From an uncultured Endomicrobiia bacterium (GTDB taxonomy: Bacteria; Elusimicrobiota; Endomicrobiia; Endomicrobiales; Endomicrobiaceae), in NCBI GenBank assembly GCA_905234925.1, contig CAJOJJ010000001.1, positions 1 to 56,034 of the forward strand: a stretch of 56,034 nt of DNA, in the 5' to 3' direction. Positions 17,331 to 25,478 of this stretch are shown one piece after another; the stretch's first letter is position 1; the number at the start of each line of letters is the position of its first letter. Below the pieces are notes generated by a model. That model searched no databases. It was not told the DNA's origin and was given only the letters and a program-made list of their open reading frames with translations. Position numbers and translations under genes: made by a program.

Positions 17331-17789
17331 TTAATAGGCATCCTCTTGCTGAATTATTTTTACTACGTCTTCTTTAGTTTCGGCATCTTTTATTGCCTGT
17401 CTTAGGAATTTATCTTTGAAAAGTCTTGAAATTCTTGATAAAGCTTTTAAATGTTGTCCCGTAACTTCTACAGGTCCTACTAAAAGGAATATAATATAAA
17501 CAGGTTCCCCGTCTAAAGAATTGAATTCTATTCCTTTTTTGGATATACCCAAAACGCCTATCTGTTCGGATAAAACATCCGTTTTTCCGTGAGGAATTGC
17601 TACTCCCTGTCCGATACCGGTAGAGCCTAATTTTTCTCTTTCAAGAACTACATCGATAATCTCTTCGGTATTCTTGATTTTCTTTGAAGTTTTTAAAAGC
17701 TCTATCAACTCAACAATAGCATCTTTTTTGTTCTGAGCTTTTAAATCCACCGTAATGGCATCCTGGGATAAAAAATCCATAATGTTCAT
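17331..17789 (-). CDS. ptsN: PTS EIIA-Ntr-type (fructose-family EIIA) regulatory protein
   Basis: 152 aa. REKLGSTGIGQGVAIPHGK contains the active-site His. It lies between hpf and hprK/rapZ. Confidence 0.85.
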   Translation of the reverse strand: MNIMDFLSQDAITVDLKAQNKKDAIVELIELLKTSKKIKNTEEIIDVVLEREKLGSTGIGQGVAIPHGKTDVLSEQIGVLGISKKGIEFNSLDGEPVYIIFLLVGPVEVTGQHLKALSRISRLFKDKFLRQAIKDAETKEDVVKIIQQEDAY

Positions 17790-17824
17790 TTTTTGTAAAG
17801 CCTCCTGATTAGAGTGTTTATTTT

Positions 17825-18379
17825 TTAGTTATTAAATTCCGGTTCCAACATTACCAAAGAACCGCTGTCTTTTCTGTATAAAACATTTAATTTATCCGTA
17901 GAAGAATTTAAAAACATATAAACTCTGTAATTTAAAGAATCCATTTCGTTTATTGCTTCTTCTATCGATACGGGATGTATATCGAATCTCTTAATTTCGG
18001 AAATTTTAGTTCTGGAATCTTCCATTGTGTCATAAGAGAACACATCCGCTTTAATTTTTTTTGATTTAGATACTTTTAAATTTGCTTTTCTGTGAATTTT
18101 GGAAATTTCTTTTTCTTTTCTTAACTGTTTGGAAAGTTTGTCTACGGTCAAATCTATAGATGAATATAAATCTTCCGATTCTTCTTTAGCCCTGAAAGCT
18201 CTTCCGTCAATGTAAAAAGTTACTTCGGTAATCTGTCTGTTTTTTTCAACCGATAAAATAACATGTGCACCTACCGTGTCTCCATCGAAATACTTGCCGG
18301 CCTTTGAAACTTTTTGCCTGACATAAGAACCAATGGCATCCGTCAACTTCAAGTGTCTTGCAGTGATATTGATTTGCAT
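17825..18379 (-). CDS. hpf: ribosome hibernation-promoting factor, long form
   Basis: The N-terminus MQINITARHLKLTDAIGSYVRQK is the S30AE/HPF signature. The 184-aa length includes the C-terminal dimerisation domain (YRVYMFLN...). Confidence 0.9.
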   Translation of the reverse strand: MQINITARHLKLTDAIGSYVRQKVSKAGKYFDGDTVGAHVILSVEKNRQITEVTFYIDGRAFRAKEESEDLYSSIDLTVDKLSKQLRKEKEISKIHRKANLKVSKSKKIKADVFSYDTMEDSRTKISEIKRFDIHPVSIEEAINEMDSLNYRVYMFLNSSTDKLNVLYRKDSGSLVMLEPEFNN

Positions 18380-18407
18380 ACCGGGACTCCTTTTACATCA
18401 GTATTAA

Positions 18408-18436
18408 TTTATACCATTTTTTGCTTATAAAAGCAA
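18408..18436 (-). promoter_or_regulatory. candidate sigma70-type promoter with extended -10 in front of hpf
   Basis: The minus strand reads TTGCTT (18436-18431), 17-nt spacer, TGG TATAAA (-10 at 18413-18408). That is about 25 nt before the RBS AAAAGGAG and the ATG at 18379. Confidence 0.5.
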
Positions 18437-18487
18437 TCTTATTAAATAATTATAATCTATATTTAAAAAAATTACAACCCTTTTTTT

Positions 18488-18639
18488 AATGTACAATGTA
18501 CAATGTACAATGTATAATGTACAATAAACAGCAAAACGACTTTTAATTTCTAATTGCTAACCGATAATTTTAAATTTAACAATAACTTTCTTATGATTTT
18601 CTAAGCCTCTAATCTTCAAATTTGCCTTCGGAAATTTTT
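18488..18639. repeat. module A heptamer array followed by C-type and F-type modules
   Basis: AATGTAC AATGTAC AATGTAC AATGTAT AATGTAC AATAAAC (18488-18529) is the cleanest period-7 array in the window. It is followed by CCTCTAATCTTC and the hairpin AAATTTGCCTTCGGAAATTT (18606-18639). Confidence 0.9.
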
Positions 18640-18647
18640 ACTATAAA

Positions 18648-19559
18648 TTATACATTGCCGTTTTGTCTCCATCTTCTGTGAAACCAAAACCAGTAAGAAG
18701 GATATTTTTCTACGTATTTCCTTAAAATCTCATTATATTTAGTCATTATAACCTTAATATCTTCTTCTTCATTTCCGGTATAGGTAACGGGAATCTCTTC
18801 AAAAGTTGCGACATACCTTCCGTCGGGCTGTCTTACACAGAAACCTACAATGATAGGACTTTTGGCTCTTAAGGCGAAAACCGCAGGACCTTTGGGAGTA
18901 GAAACATCTCCGAAGAAAAACGGAGTATACACGCCTTGATCGCCCGCATGCTGGTCTGCCAAAATTGCAACAAATTCATTTCTTTTAAGCGCTTTCATTA
19001 CGCCTATCGGAGCCACATCCTTATATATCGTTTTATATCCTCTGTTGGATCTGATGCCGTTTATCATCTCGTCAAAATACGGATTCTCCTGTTTGGCAAC
19101 GATAACCGACAGCGGATATCTTTTAGCGAAAGATATTGCAAGCATTTCCCAATTACCGAAATGTGCGGAAAGCATTATCGCTCCTTTGCCAGCTTTTAAC
19201 GCATTTTCGACGAGATAAATATTTTCAAAATTCACAAAATTTTTCAGCTGACTATCGGACATTTTGCTTACAAAAATTATTTCAACCGCAGTACAGATAA
19301 ACTGCTTATAAATATCTTTTGCTGTTTTATTTATCTCTTCTTTCGTTTTATTCGGAAATGCTTTTGTCAAAGAACTTATAATATGTTTTTTTCTTATCGG
19401 AACAAATTTAAATGCCAAATCCGCCAGAAAAAAACCGAATTTCTTTGCCGTTTCCATCGAGAATAAATACAAGAAAGCCATCGTAACTTTCAAAGCATAA
19501 TATTCAGTAAGATGTTGTAATTTCTTATTCTTTTTCATTTTTAAGAAAAAACTTTGCAA
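18648..19559 (-). CDS. lipid A biosynthesis (lauroyl/myristoyl-type) acyltransferase family protein
   Basis: 303 aa with an N-terminal membrane anchor. SAHFGNWE is the HX4D/E acyltransferase box and the overall layout is LpxL/HtrB-like. The start may be the ATG at 19538. Confidence 0.75.
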   Translation of the reverse strand: MQSFFLKMKKNKKLQHLTEYYALKVTMAFLYLFSMETAKKFGFFLADLAFKFVPIRKKHIISSLTKAFPNKTKEEINKTAKDIYKQFICTAVEIIFVSKMSDSQLKNFVNFENIYLVENALKAGKGAIMLSAHFGNWEMLAISFAKRYPLSVIVAKQENPYFDEMINGIRSNRGYKTIYKDVAPIGVMKALKRNEFVAILADQHAGDQGVYTPFFFGDVSTPKGPAVFALRAKSPIIVGFCVRQPDGRYVATFEEIPVTYTGNEEEDIKVIMTKYNEILRKYVEKYPSYWFWFHRRWRQNGNV

Positions 19560-20706
19560 TAAAACTTCTTTTAATATCTATAGCCTTTTGAAGACATAAT
19601 TCATGACAGCAAAAACACGATATACATTTATCCCGTTTTATAACCGGATGTTTTGTCTCATCCTTAACAAAATATATGGTTTTTGCGGGACAATGTTTGA
19701 TACATTGCAGACAATTAATACATTTTTCTTCATTTATTACGGGAGCAACCCAAACCAGCTTACCCAAATATTTCGCTGCGAACCGAAAAATTCTTCTCGG
19801 CAGAAAATTTATCAATCTTTTTGTAACGGGCAATTCGACTTTTTTAAAATTAAACTTATCTATATTATCGCCGATACATGTAACATTTCTTAAATTTGTA
19901 TTACCGAGATTTTTTTCCTGCAACGGTTTAAGTAAAATATTATTTTTTAATTTGAAACCGAAATTACTTAAGAAAAACACATCCAGTGCGACAGTATCTT
20001 TTGATGCTGCGACTATATTAAAACTTCTCTTTTTACCGCTGAGGCTCGGACCGTTCCCCTCCAAACCTTCAATTCCGTCAACTACGGTAAACAGAAGTTT
20101 TTCTTTAACCATTCTGTATATTTCGCTTAAGAGATAAGAAAAATCGTAGGGCGTCGGTGCCAGTTTGTGATATTCCATTTTTCCTGTACCCGGAACAATT
20201 CCGTAAAAATTTTTTATTCCGCAGGAAAATCCCATCAGCGTATGCGTTTTAAGTTTTGGAATATTTATTACCGCATCGCAGTCTATAAGAGCTTTGGTTA
20301 TACAAACCTGTTTTATCGTCGGGTGCTGTACGGAAACTTCTATCGAACCGCATTTTTCAAAATTTACAAGTTCAACATTTTCTTCCTTTGCCATTGCAAG
20401 CATTCCGGTTTTTTCCCAAATATGATCGATACCGTTCAATAAATTTCCCGGACTGTCGCCTACAACAGGAATGGAACCTGCATGCTTTACAATCCTTACA
20501 ACCGCTCTGACTATTTCCGGATGCGTGGTAATTGCCTGTTCCGGAGAATAAGCACTTAACAAATTCGGCTTTATTAAAATTTTCTTATTAGGTTTTATTA
20601 TTTCACTTATATTACCTAAAGACTGCACGGCCTCATTAACAACATTAACAACATTATCTCTGTTATAATTGCTGCAATAATAAGCAGATATTATCGTTTT
20701 AAACAT
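19525..20706 (-). CDS. DUF362-domain protein with C-terminal 2x[4Fe-4S] ferredoxin domain
   Basis: The N-terminal KILIKPNLL...HPEIVRAVV pattern is typical of DUF362. The C-terminus has CINCLQCIKHCP and CISCFCCHELC cluster motifs. Confidence 0.7.
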   Translation of the reverse strand: MFKTIISAYYCSNYNRDNVVNVVNEAVQSLGNISEIIKPNKKILIKPNLLSAYSPEQAITTHPEIVRAVVRIVKHAGSIPVVGDSPGNLLNGIDHIWEKTGMLAMAKEENVELVNFEKCGSIEVSVQHPTIKQVCITKALIDCDAVINIPKLKTHTLMGFSCGIKNFYGIVPGTGKMEYHKLAPTPYDFSYLLSEIYRMVKEKLLFTVVDGIEGLEGNGPSLSGKKRSFNIVAASKDTVALDVFFLSNFGFKLKNNILLKPLQEKNLGNTNLRNVTCIGDNIDKFNFKKVELPVTKRLINFLPRRIFRFAAKYLGKLVWVAPVINEEKCINCLQCIKHCPAKTIYFVKDETKHPVIKRDKCISCFCCHELCLQKAIDIKRSFIAKFFLKNEKE

Positions 20707-20712
20707 TAAGCG

Positions 20713-23700
20713 CTAATTATCCTTTTTTGCAGATAAAATTTCATCTATTACTTTCTCGCTGTCTTTATTCATTCTGACGGCTATAATCTTTGATATGCCC
20801 TGCTGTTCCATCGTTACACCGTATAAAGTATCAGCCATTTCCATCGTTCTCTTGTTATGTGTAACGACCATAAATTGTGTATTTTGCGCAAATTCCCTTA
20901 TTATATTATTGTATCTTCCGACGTTTGCGTCGTCGAAAGGAGCATCAACTTCATCCAAAATACAGAACGGCGACGGTTTAACCATAAAGAACGAAAACAG
21001 AAGAGCCACTGCCGTAAAAGCTTTTTCTCCGCCGGAACACTGCATAATATTTTTAACCGTTTTTCCGGGAGGCTGAGCCTTAATATCCACACCGGATTCA
21101 AGTAAATTATTTTCGTCGGTCAAAATAAGATCGGCTTCTCCTCCGCCGAAAACTTTTTTATACAAAAGTTTGAAATGTTCCCTTACTTCATCAAAAGTTT
21201 TTTTAAAGTTCTCGACAGTTGTATCATTTATTTTTTTAATCGTTTCTTCCAAATCATTTTTTGCTTTTTCCAAATCTTTTTTCTGAGCTTGAATAAAATC
21301 ATATCTCTGTGTCAAAGTTTCATATTCTTCCTCGGCACTCCAGTTAATAGCACCGAAACTTTCTATTTTCTTTTTCAATCTTGCAATCTCTTCTTTGTCA
21401 ACTTCTACGCCTATATATTCATCTTTTATTTCTTCATAAGTTTTCCCGTAAGTTTCTACAATCTGTTTTTCCAATATCTCTTTTTGAGTATTGAAACTCG
21501 ACTGATCTTTCTGCAGATTATTTACTTCTTCATTCAGCTGATTAACTTTAATCCTCGTTTCGGCAAGAGCCGTTTCTTTTGTATCTATATCCGTTTGAAT
21601 TCTATCTCTGTCGGCAACAGCCAGCTGAAGCTCGGTTTCTTTTTGTACCATCATTTCACTGTTTTTTTGAATATTTGCCGTCTCACTTTCTTTCTTAGCC
21701 TGAATATTCTGCAACTCCGTTTCTATCTCGGCAATTCTGTTTGTTTTCTTTTCTATTTCGGAATTTAAATTGTTTATGCTTTCTATCAAATACTTTTCGC
21801 CCTGTTGTCTGTTCGTTAAATCCGTATTTCTTGAGGCATATTTATTGGAACTGTCAATATATGCACTGCTTGCCTCGTCTTCCTGAGGTTTATAAGCTTC
21901 TATTTCCTGTTCCGTCTTTGCAAGATCCTCGTTTAAAGCCACTGTTTCCGTTTCAATGTTGGAAAGCTGCATATCAATATCCGCAATTTTATTATTTACA
22001 TCGTCGAGTATACGTTGATTTTCTTCTTTTTCTTTCTGATATTTTTCTATTTCCAAAGCCGTATCGGAAATATCGGCTTTTCTTTCGGTAATTTTATCAC
22101 GGATAAGTTCTATTTGAGCCTGTGCTTCAAACTTGGATTTTTCGAGATTTCTGTTATCCAAACTTATGTTAAGCTTTGAATCTTCTTTTCCGTCTATTTC
22201 CTTATTTAAATTTTCAAGCTCTGCTTTCAGAGAATCTATTTCCTGCTGCATTTTTTTTATCTGGTCTTCTACAAGAACGGGCTTATCGGAAACACTTCTC
22301 GCACCGCCGGTAACAACTGCATTTGAATAAATATTATTGTTGTTTACAAATATTCCGTCGGAAACGAATTTACCTATTTTCTCATATTCGCCAAGACAGT
22401 TTAACATTTTGAACAGTTCTACGGCACCGTCCGTACTTTGATGTATTTGAATATCGTTTGAAATATTGTCCGATATTAAAAATGTCAAACGACACATATT
22501 ATTTTCATTTAAATATTTTATAGCTTCTTCGGCTTGCTGCATATTATCACAAATAAGATAATCAAGTTTCTCCCCTAACGCACTTGCGACAATATCTATT
22601 TTGTCCAAATCGGGAGAAATAATTTCCGCAACGGTATATTTTACACCGCCTAAAGCCTTAACGGCTTTTACCGCATTTGCTACGGGATTTTCGGCATCCA
22701 TTTCTTTAAGCGTATCAATTTTTGCCTCAAGCCCTGAAATTTTTCTGTTATATTCAAGATCTTTATCTTTCAAGCTTTCAATTTCCGTATCTATATTTAA
22801 TACTACCTGTCTGCTCGTTTCAAATTTAGCTTCTATCTCTTTAAGGGAATTCTCTGCCGCTTCAAGCTGAACGTTAAAGCCTTCTATCTCTTGGTTGGCC
22901 GGGGCAGTATCGTTATTAAGTCTGTCGATATTTCTCTGTGTAGACTCAACCGTTGCCTGAGCAACAGCTCGCTCTTCGATAACGGATGTTTTTGAATTTA
23001 TTAATGAATTTTTATTTTGATCTATATCGGAAAGTTTTGTTCTGATTTCATCTTCTTTAATTTCCAAATCTTCAATCTGCTGTTTTACGGCATTATATCT
23101 TGCTTCTTTTTCATCCAAATCGGCTTTCAATCTTGCAACTTCGGCTTCTATATCATCACTGCCGTCATTGCTCATTTTAGATTTATCATTTTCATATTGT
23201 GCTATTTTTGCCTTAGCTTCTTCTATATCGATTTTCAATCCGTCCTGTTCTTTAATCAAATCGGCATCTTTTTGATTTAGGTTGCCTATATTTGCATCGG
23301 CAACGGCACTTTCCGTCTTCAATTCCTGAAAATCGTTATTCAATGAAATATATTTTTCATTGTTTTCCGTTTGAGCAAGCCTTAAATCCTGAAGTTCTGC
23401 CTCCATTTGGTGCAGAGAAACATTTGCCGTCTCAAATTCTTTTATTTTAGGTTCAATATTCGTTTTTATTTTTTCCAGCTCTTCATAACCGCGTGCCAAA
23501 TTATTTACGACCTCGGCAATTTCATATTTTGCCAAATCTTCTTTATATTTTTTACATTGCTTGGCTTTTCTTGCCTGCTGGTCAAGCTGCTTTTTCTGAT
23601 CTTCAAAAATTTTTAAAGAATCCTCAAGTCTCGACATTTCCGAACCGACACTATCAAGCCTTCTTAAAGCATCTTCTTTTCTTACTTTATACTTTGCGAC

Positions 23701-24198
23701 GCCGGCTGCTTCCTCAAAAAACTCTCTTCTGGTTTCCGGGTTAGCCATAACAAGTTCTTCAACCTTGTTCTGTTCTATAATGGAATAACCGCCCGTACCG
23801 ATACCGGTATCAAGGAACAAATCTATCACATCTTTAAGCCTGCACTGAGTTTTGTTGATAAAATATTCGCTTTCTCCGCTTCTGAAAAGTTTTCTTGTTA
23901 TTGCCACTTCGGAATAATCAATAGGAATCATATTTTGAGAATTATCAAATGTCAGCGTTACCTCAGCCATACCTGCTTCCTTTCTGGCTTTAGTTCCGCC
24001 GAATATAACATCCTGCATAGCCTTGGTTCTCATAGACTTGGTTCTCTTTTCGCCGAGACACCAGCGTATTGCATCGGATATATTGGATTTTCCGCAGCCG
24101 TTCGGCCCGATAATCGCAGAAACTCCCTTATCAAAAGTTAAAACGGTTTTATCTGCGAAAGATTTAAAACCGTATAATTCCAATTTCTTTAAGTACAT
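20713..24198 (-). CDS. smc: chromosome segregation protein SMC
   Basis: The canonical N-terminus is MYLKKLELYGFKSFADKT...GPNGCGKSN. It has long coiled coils, a hinge, the C-terminal LSGGEKA-type motif (CSGGEKAFTAVALLF) and Walker B ILDEVDAPFD. The start is moved to the ATG at 24198. Confidence 0.93.
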   Translation of the reverse strand: MYLKKLELYGFKSFADKTVLTFDKGVSAIIGPNGCGKSNISDAIRWCLGEKRTKSMRTKAMQDVIFGGTKARKEAGMAEVTLTFDNSQNMIPIDYSEVAITRKLFRSGESEYFINKTQCRLKDVIDLFLDTGIGTGGYSIIEQNKVEELVMANPETRREFFEEAAGVAKYKVRKEDALRRLDSVGSEMSRLEDSLKIFEDQKKQLDQQARKAKQCKKYKEDLAKYEIAEVVNNLARGYEELEKIKTNIEPKIKEFETANVSLHQMEAELQDLRLAQTENNEKYISLNNDFQELKTESAVADANIGNLNQKDADLIKEQDGLKIDIEEAKAKIAQYENDKSKMSNDGSDDIEAEVARLKADLDEKEARYNAVKQQIEDLEIKEDEIRTKLSDIDQNKNSLINSKTSVIEERAVAQATVESTQRNIDRLNNDTAPANQEIEGFNVQLEAAENSLKEIEAKFETSRQVVLNIDTEIESLKDKDLEYNRKISGLEAKIDTLKEMDAENPVANAVKAVKALGGVKYTVAEIISPDLDKIDIVASALGEKLDYLICDNMQQAEEAIKYLNENNMCRLTFLISDNISNDIQIHQSTDGAVELFKMLNCLGEYEKIGKFVSDGIFVNNNNIYSNAVVTGGARSVSDKPVLVEDQIKKMQQEIDSLKAELENLNKEIDGKEDSKLNISLDNRNLEKSKFEAQAQIELIRDKITERKADISDTALEIEKYQKEKEENQRILDDVNNKIADIDMQLSNIETETVALNEDLAKTEQEIEAYKPQEDEASSAYIDSSNKYASRNTDLTNRQQGEKYLIESINNLNSEIEKKTNRIAEIETELQNIQAKKESETANIQKNSEMMVQKETELQLAVADRDRIQTDIDTKETALAETRIKVNQLNEEVNNLQKDQSSFNTQKEILEKQIVETYGKTYEEIKDEYIGVEVDKEEIARLKKKIESFGAINWSAEEEYETLTQRYDFIQAQKKDLEKAKNDLEETIKKINDTTVENFKKTFDEVREHFKLLYKKVFGGGEADLILTDENNLLESGVDIKAQPPGKTVKNIMQCSGGEKAFTAVALLFSFFMVKPSPFCILDEVDAPFDDANVGRYNNIIREFAQNTQFMVVTHNKRTMEMADTLYGVTMEQQGISKIIAVRMNKDSEKVIDEILSAKKDN

Positions 24199-24317
24199 TG
24201 ATTTTTCCCGAAGAAGTTTGTTTAGTAAGTCATTATTAAAAATTTTTCGGCGAGACACCGCCATATGCGGTTATCCCGCCGAAAAAATTATATATCGATT
24301 TTCTGTAAAACATTAAA

Positions 24318-24746
24318 TTAGGAAACTTTGCATTTCCTAATGTCGGAAATTTTTAATATCTTTCCGTCATTGCCTACAAGTCTTGCAACTATTTTGATGT
24401 CGCCGGGTTTGAAATAAGTCCAGTCATACCACCAATATCCTGAAGCGAATCTGCAAGGTTGCCATTCGCTGTCGTTAAAAGAAACTTCTACATAGCCGTC
24501 AAAAGATGCACCTATTCTTAAAACATAGCTGTCGCCGTAAACCGTTTCATTTTCAACAGGATAATCTACCAAAACATAAGAATTGTTATTAACAAATTCT
24601 TCAGCTTTTTTGTCGACAATCTGTTGTTTTACACAACTCTTTTTAGAGCAAGCTGCTTTTTTTACGGTCTTTGCTGCAACTGCTTTCTTCTTTACAACTT
24701 TTTTTTCCGTACTTACTGCTTTTTTTACTGCTTTTTTTGTAGCCAT
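24318..24746 (-). CDS. hypothetical protein: Lys/Ala/Val-rich histone-H1-like N-terminal tail plus beta-rich C-terminal domain
   Basis: The 142-aa N-terminus is MATKKAVKKAVSTEKKVVKKKAVAAKTVKKAA. The C-terminal ~90 aa is rich in aromatic and beta-strand pattern (WQPCRFASGYWWYDWTYFKPG). No family is recognised. Confidence 0.6.
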   Translation of the reverse strand: MATKKAVKKAVSTEKKVVKKKAVAAKTVKKAACSKKSCVKQQIVDKKAEEFVNNNSYVLVDYPVENETVYGDSYVLRIGASFDGYVEVSFNDSEWQPCRFASGYWWYDWTYFKPGDIKIVARLVGNDGKILKISDIRKCKVS

Positions 24747-24895
24747 TTTCTACACTCCAATTAAAAAATTATTTTTTCTAAATTTTTGTGTTCTTATATT
24801 ATACATAACTGAAAAGAATTTTGCAAGAAATTTTACTCTGATAACAAGGTACAAACTCCACTATAAAAACATTTATGAATGACATGCGGAACTTG

Positions 24896-25396
24896 TCATT
24901 TAACATCAATATGCTGCTTCTGATCTTTACCTGTGGCAACTTCTTTTCCGAAAAGTTCATAATAACTTACCTTTGGAATACCAAATGCACCATCTTTTGA
25001 CTCTATATAAACTTTTTCCAGGAAACAATCAACATTATTTATTTTAATAACGGCTTTTGCCTTATTTTCATACATATTTACCGTCATAGGCTTTTCTTTA
25101 ACTGCTTTTAAAACAAAATCAAAATTTTTGTTTTGTTCGTTATATGCAGCTTTATAACCATATGCTTTTTTATCAAAAGCACTCAACTCTTCTCTTTCTC
25201 CGTTTTTCTTTGCGTATAGTTTCCAATACGCATCAATAGGTTTTTCCTTATTTATTGCTCCGTTAATAACATTTGCATCATAACAAACAATATTGGCATT
25301 CTTACTCCTTTCAATAACAAACAATCTTTCTGCATCAGCAAAAAGATTTACTGCCGACATAAAAAATAAAACAGTCAATACAAACAATTTTTTCAT
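24896..25396 (-). CDS. secreted hypothetical protein (166 aa), possibly DUF4833-like
   Basis: The Sec signal peptide is MKKLFVLTVLFFMSAVNLFA. The motif LFVIERSKNANIVCYDAN recalls DUF4833 from memory only. Confidence 0.55.
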   Translation of the reverse strand: MKKLFVLTVLFFMSAVNLFADAERLFVIERSKNANIVCYDANVINGAINKEKPIDAYWKLYAKKNGEREELSAFDKKAYGYKAAYNEQNKNFDFVLKAVKEKPMTVNMYENKAKAVIKINNVDCFLEKVYIESKDGAFGIPKVSYYELFGKEVATGKDQKQHIDVK

Positions 25397-25401
25397 TTTT
25401 A

Positions 25402-25472
25402 CTCCTCCAATCTTCTAATCTTCCGGCATTCCGCCGTTTATTATACATTGTACATTATAAATTGTACATTAC
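25402..25472. repeat. modules C and A in reverse orientation
   Basis: CTCCTCCAATCTTCTAATCTTCC is the reverse complement of GGAAGATT-type octamers. TTATACATTGTACATTATAAATTGTACATT is the reverse complement of module A. Confidence 0.85.
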
Positions 25473-25478
25473 CTTACT

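Noticed and set aside
18380-18480. Sigma-54 promoter (TGGCAC-N5-TTGC) upstream of hpf, expected because hpf-ptsN usually follows rpoN
   Set aside because: No GG-N10-GC element is present. A sigma70-type extended -10 promoter fits instead.
18488-18529. Short tandem arrays (modules A, C, D, E) considered as possible CRISPR arrays
   Set aside because: The units are 7-8 bp with no spacers, arrays are under 90 bp, and there are no cas genes in the window. They are micro-tandem repeats, not CRISPR.
21175-21768. Long plus-strand ORFs inside smc (21175..21768, 21741..22091, 23017..23280 and others) and minus-strand ORFs inside the Lys/Glu-repeat gene (52840..53349, 53820..54233, 54076..54345)
   Set aside because: They are Phe/Leu/Ser-rich low-complexity antisense translations of AAG/GAA-rich coiled-coil coding sequence. 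There is no independent support.
24243-24286. GC-containing nested hairpin TTTTTCGGCG...CGCCGAAAAA between the H1-like gene and smc, considered as a rho-independent terminator
   Set aside because: The T-run is 5' and the A-run 3' of the stem on both strands, the reverse of terminator polarity. It is kept only as support for the downstream smc start.
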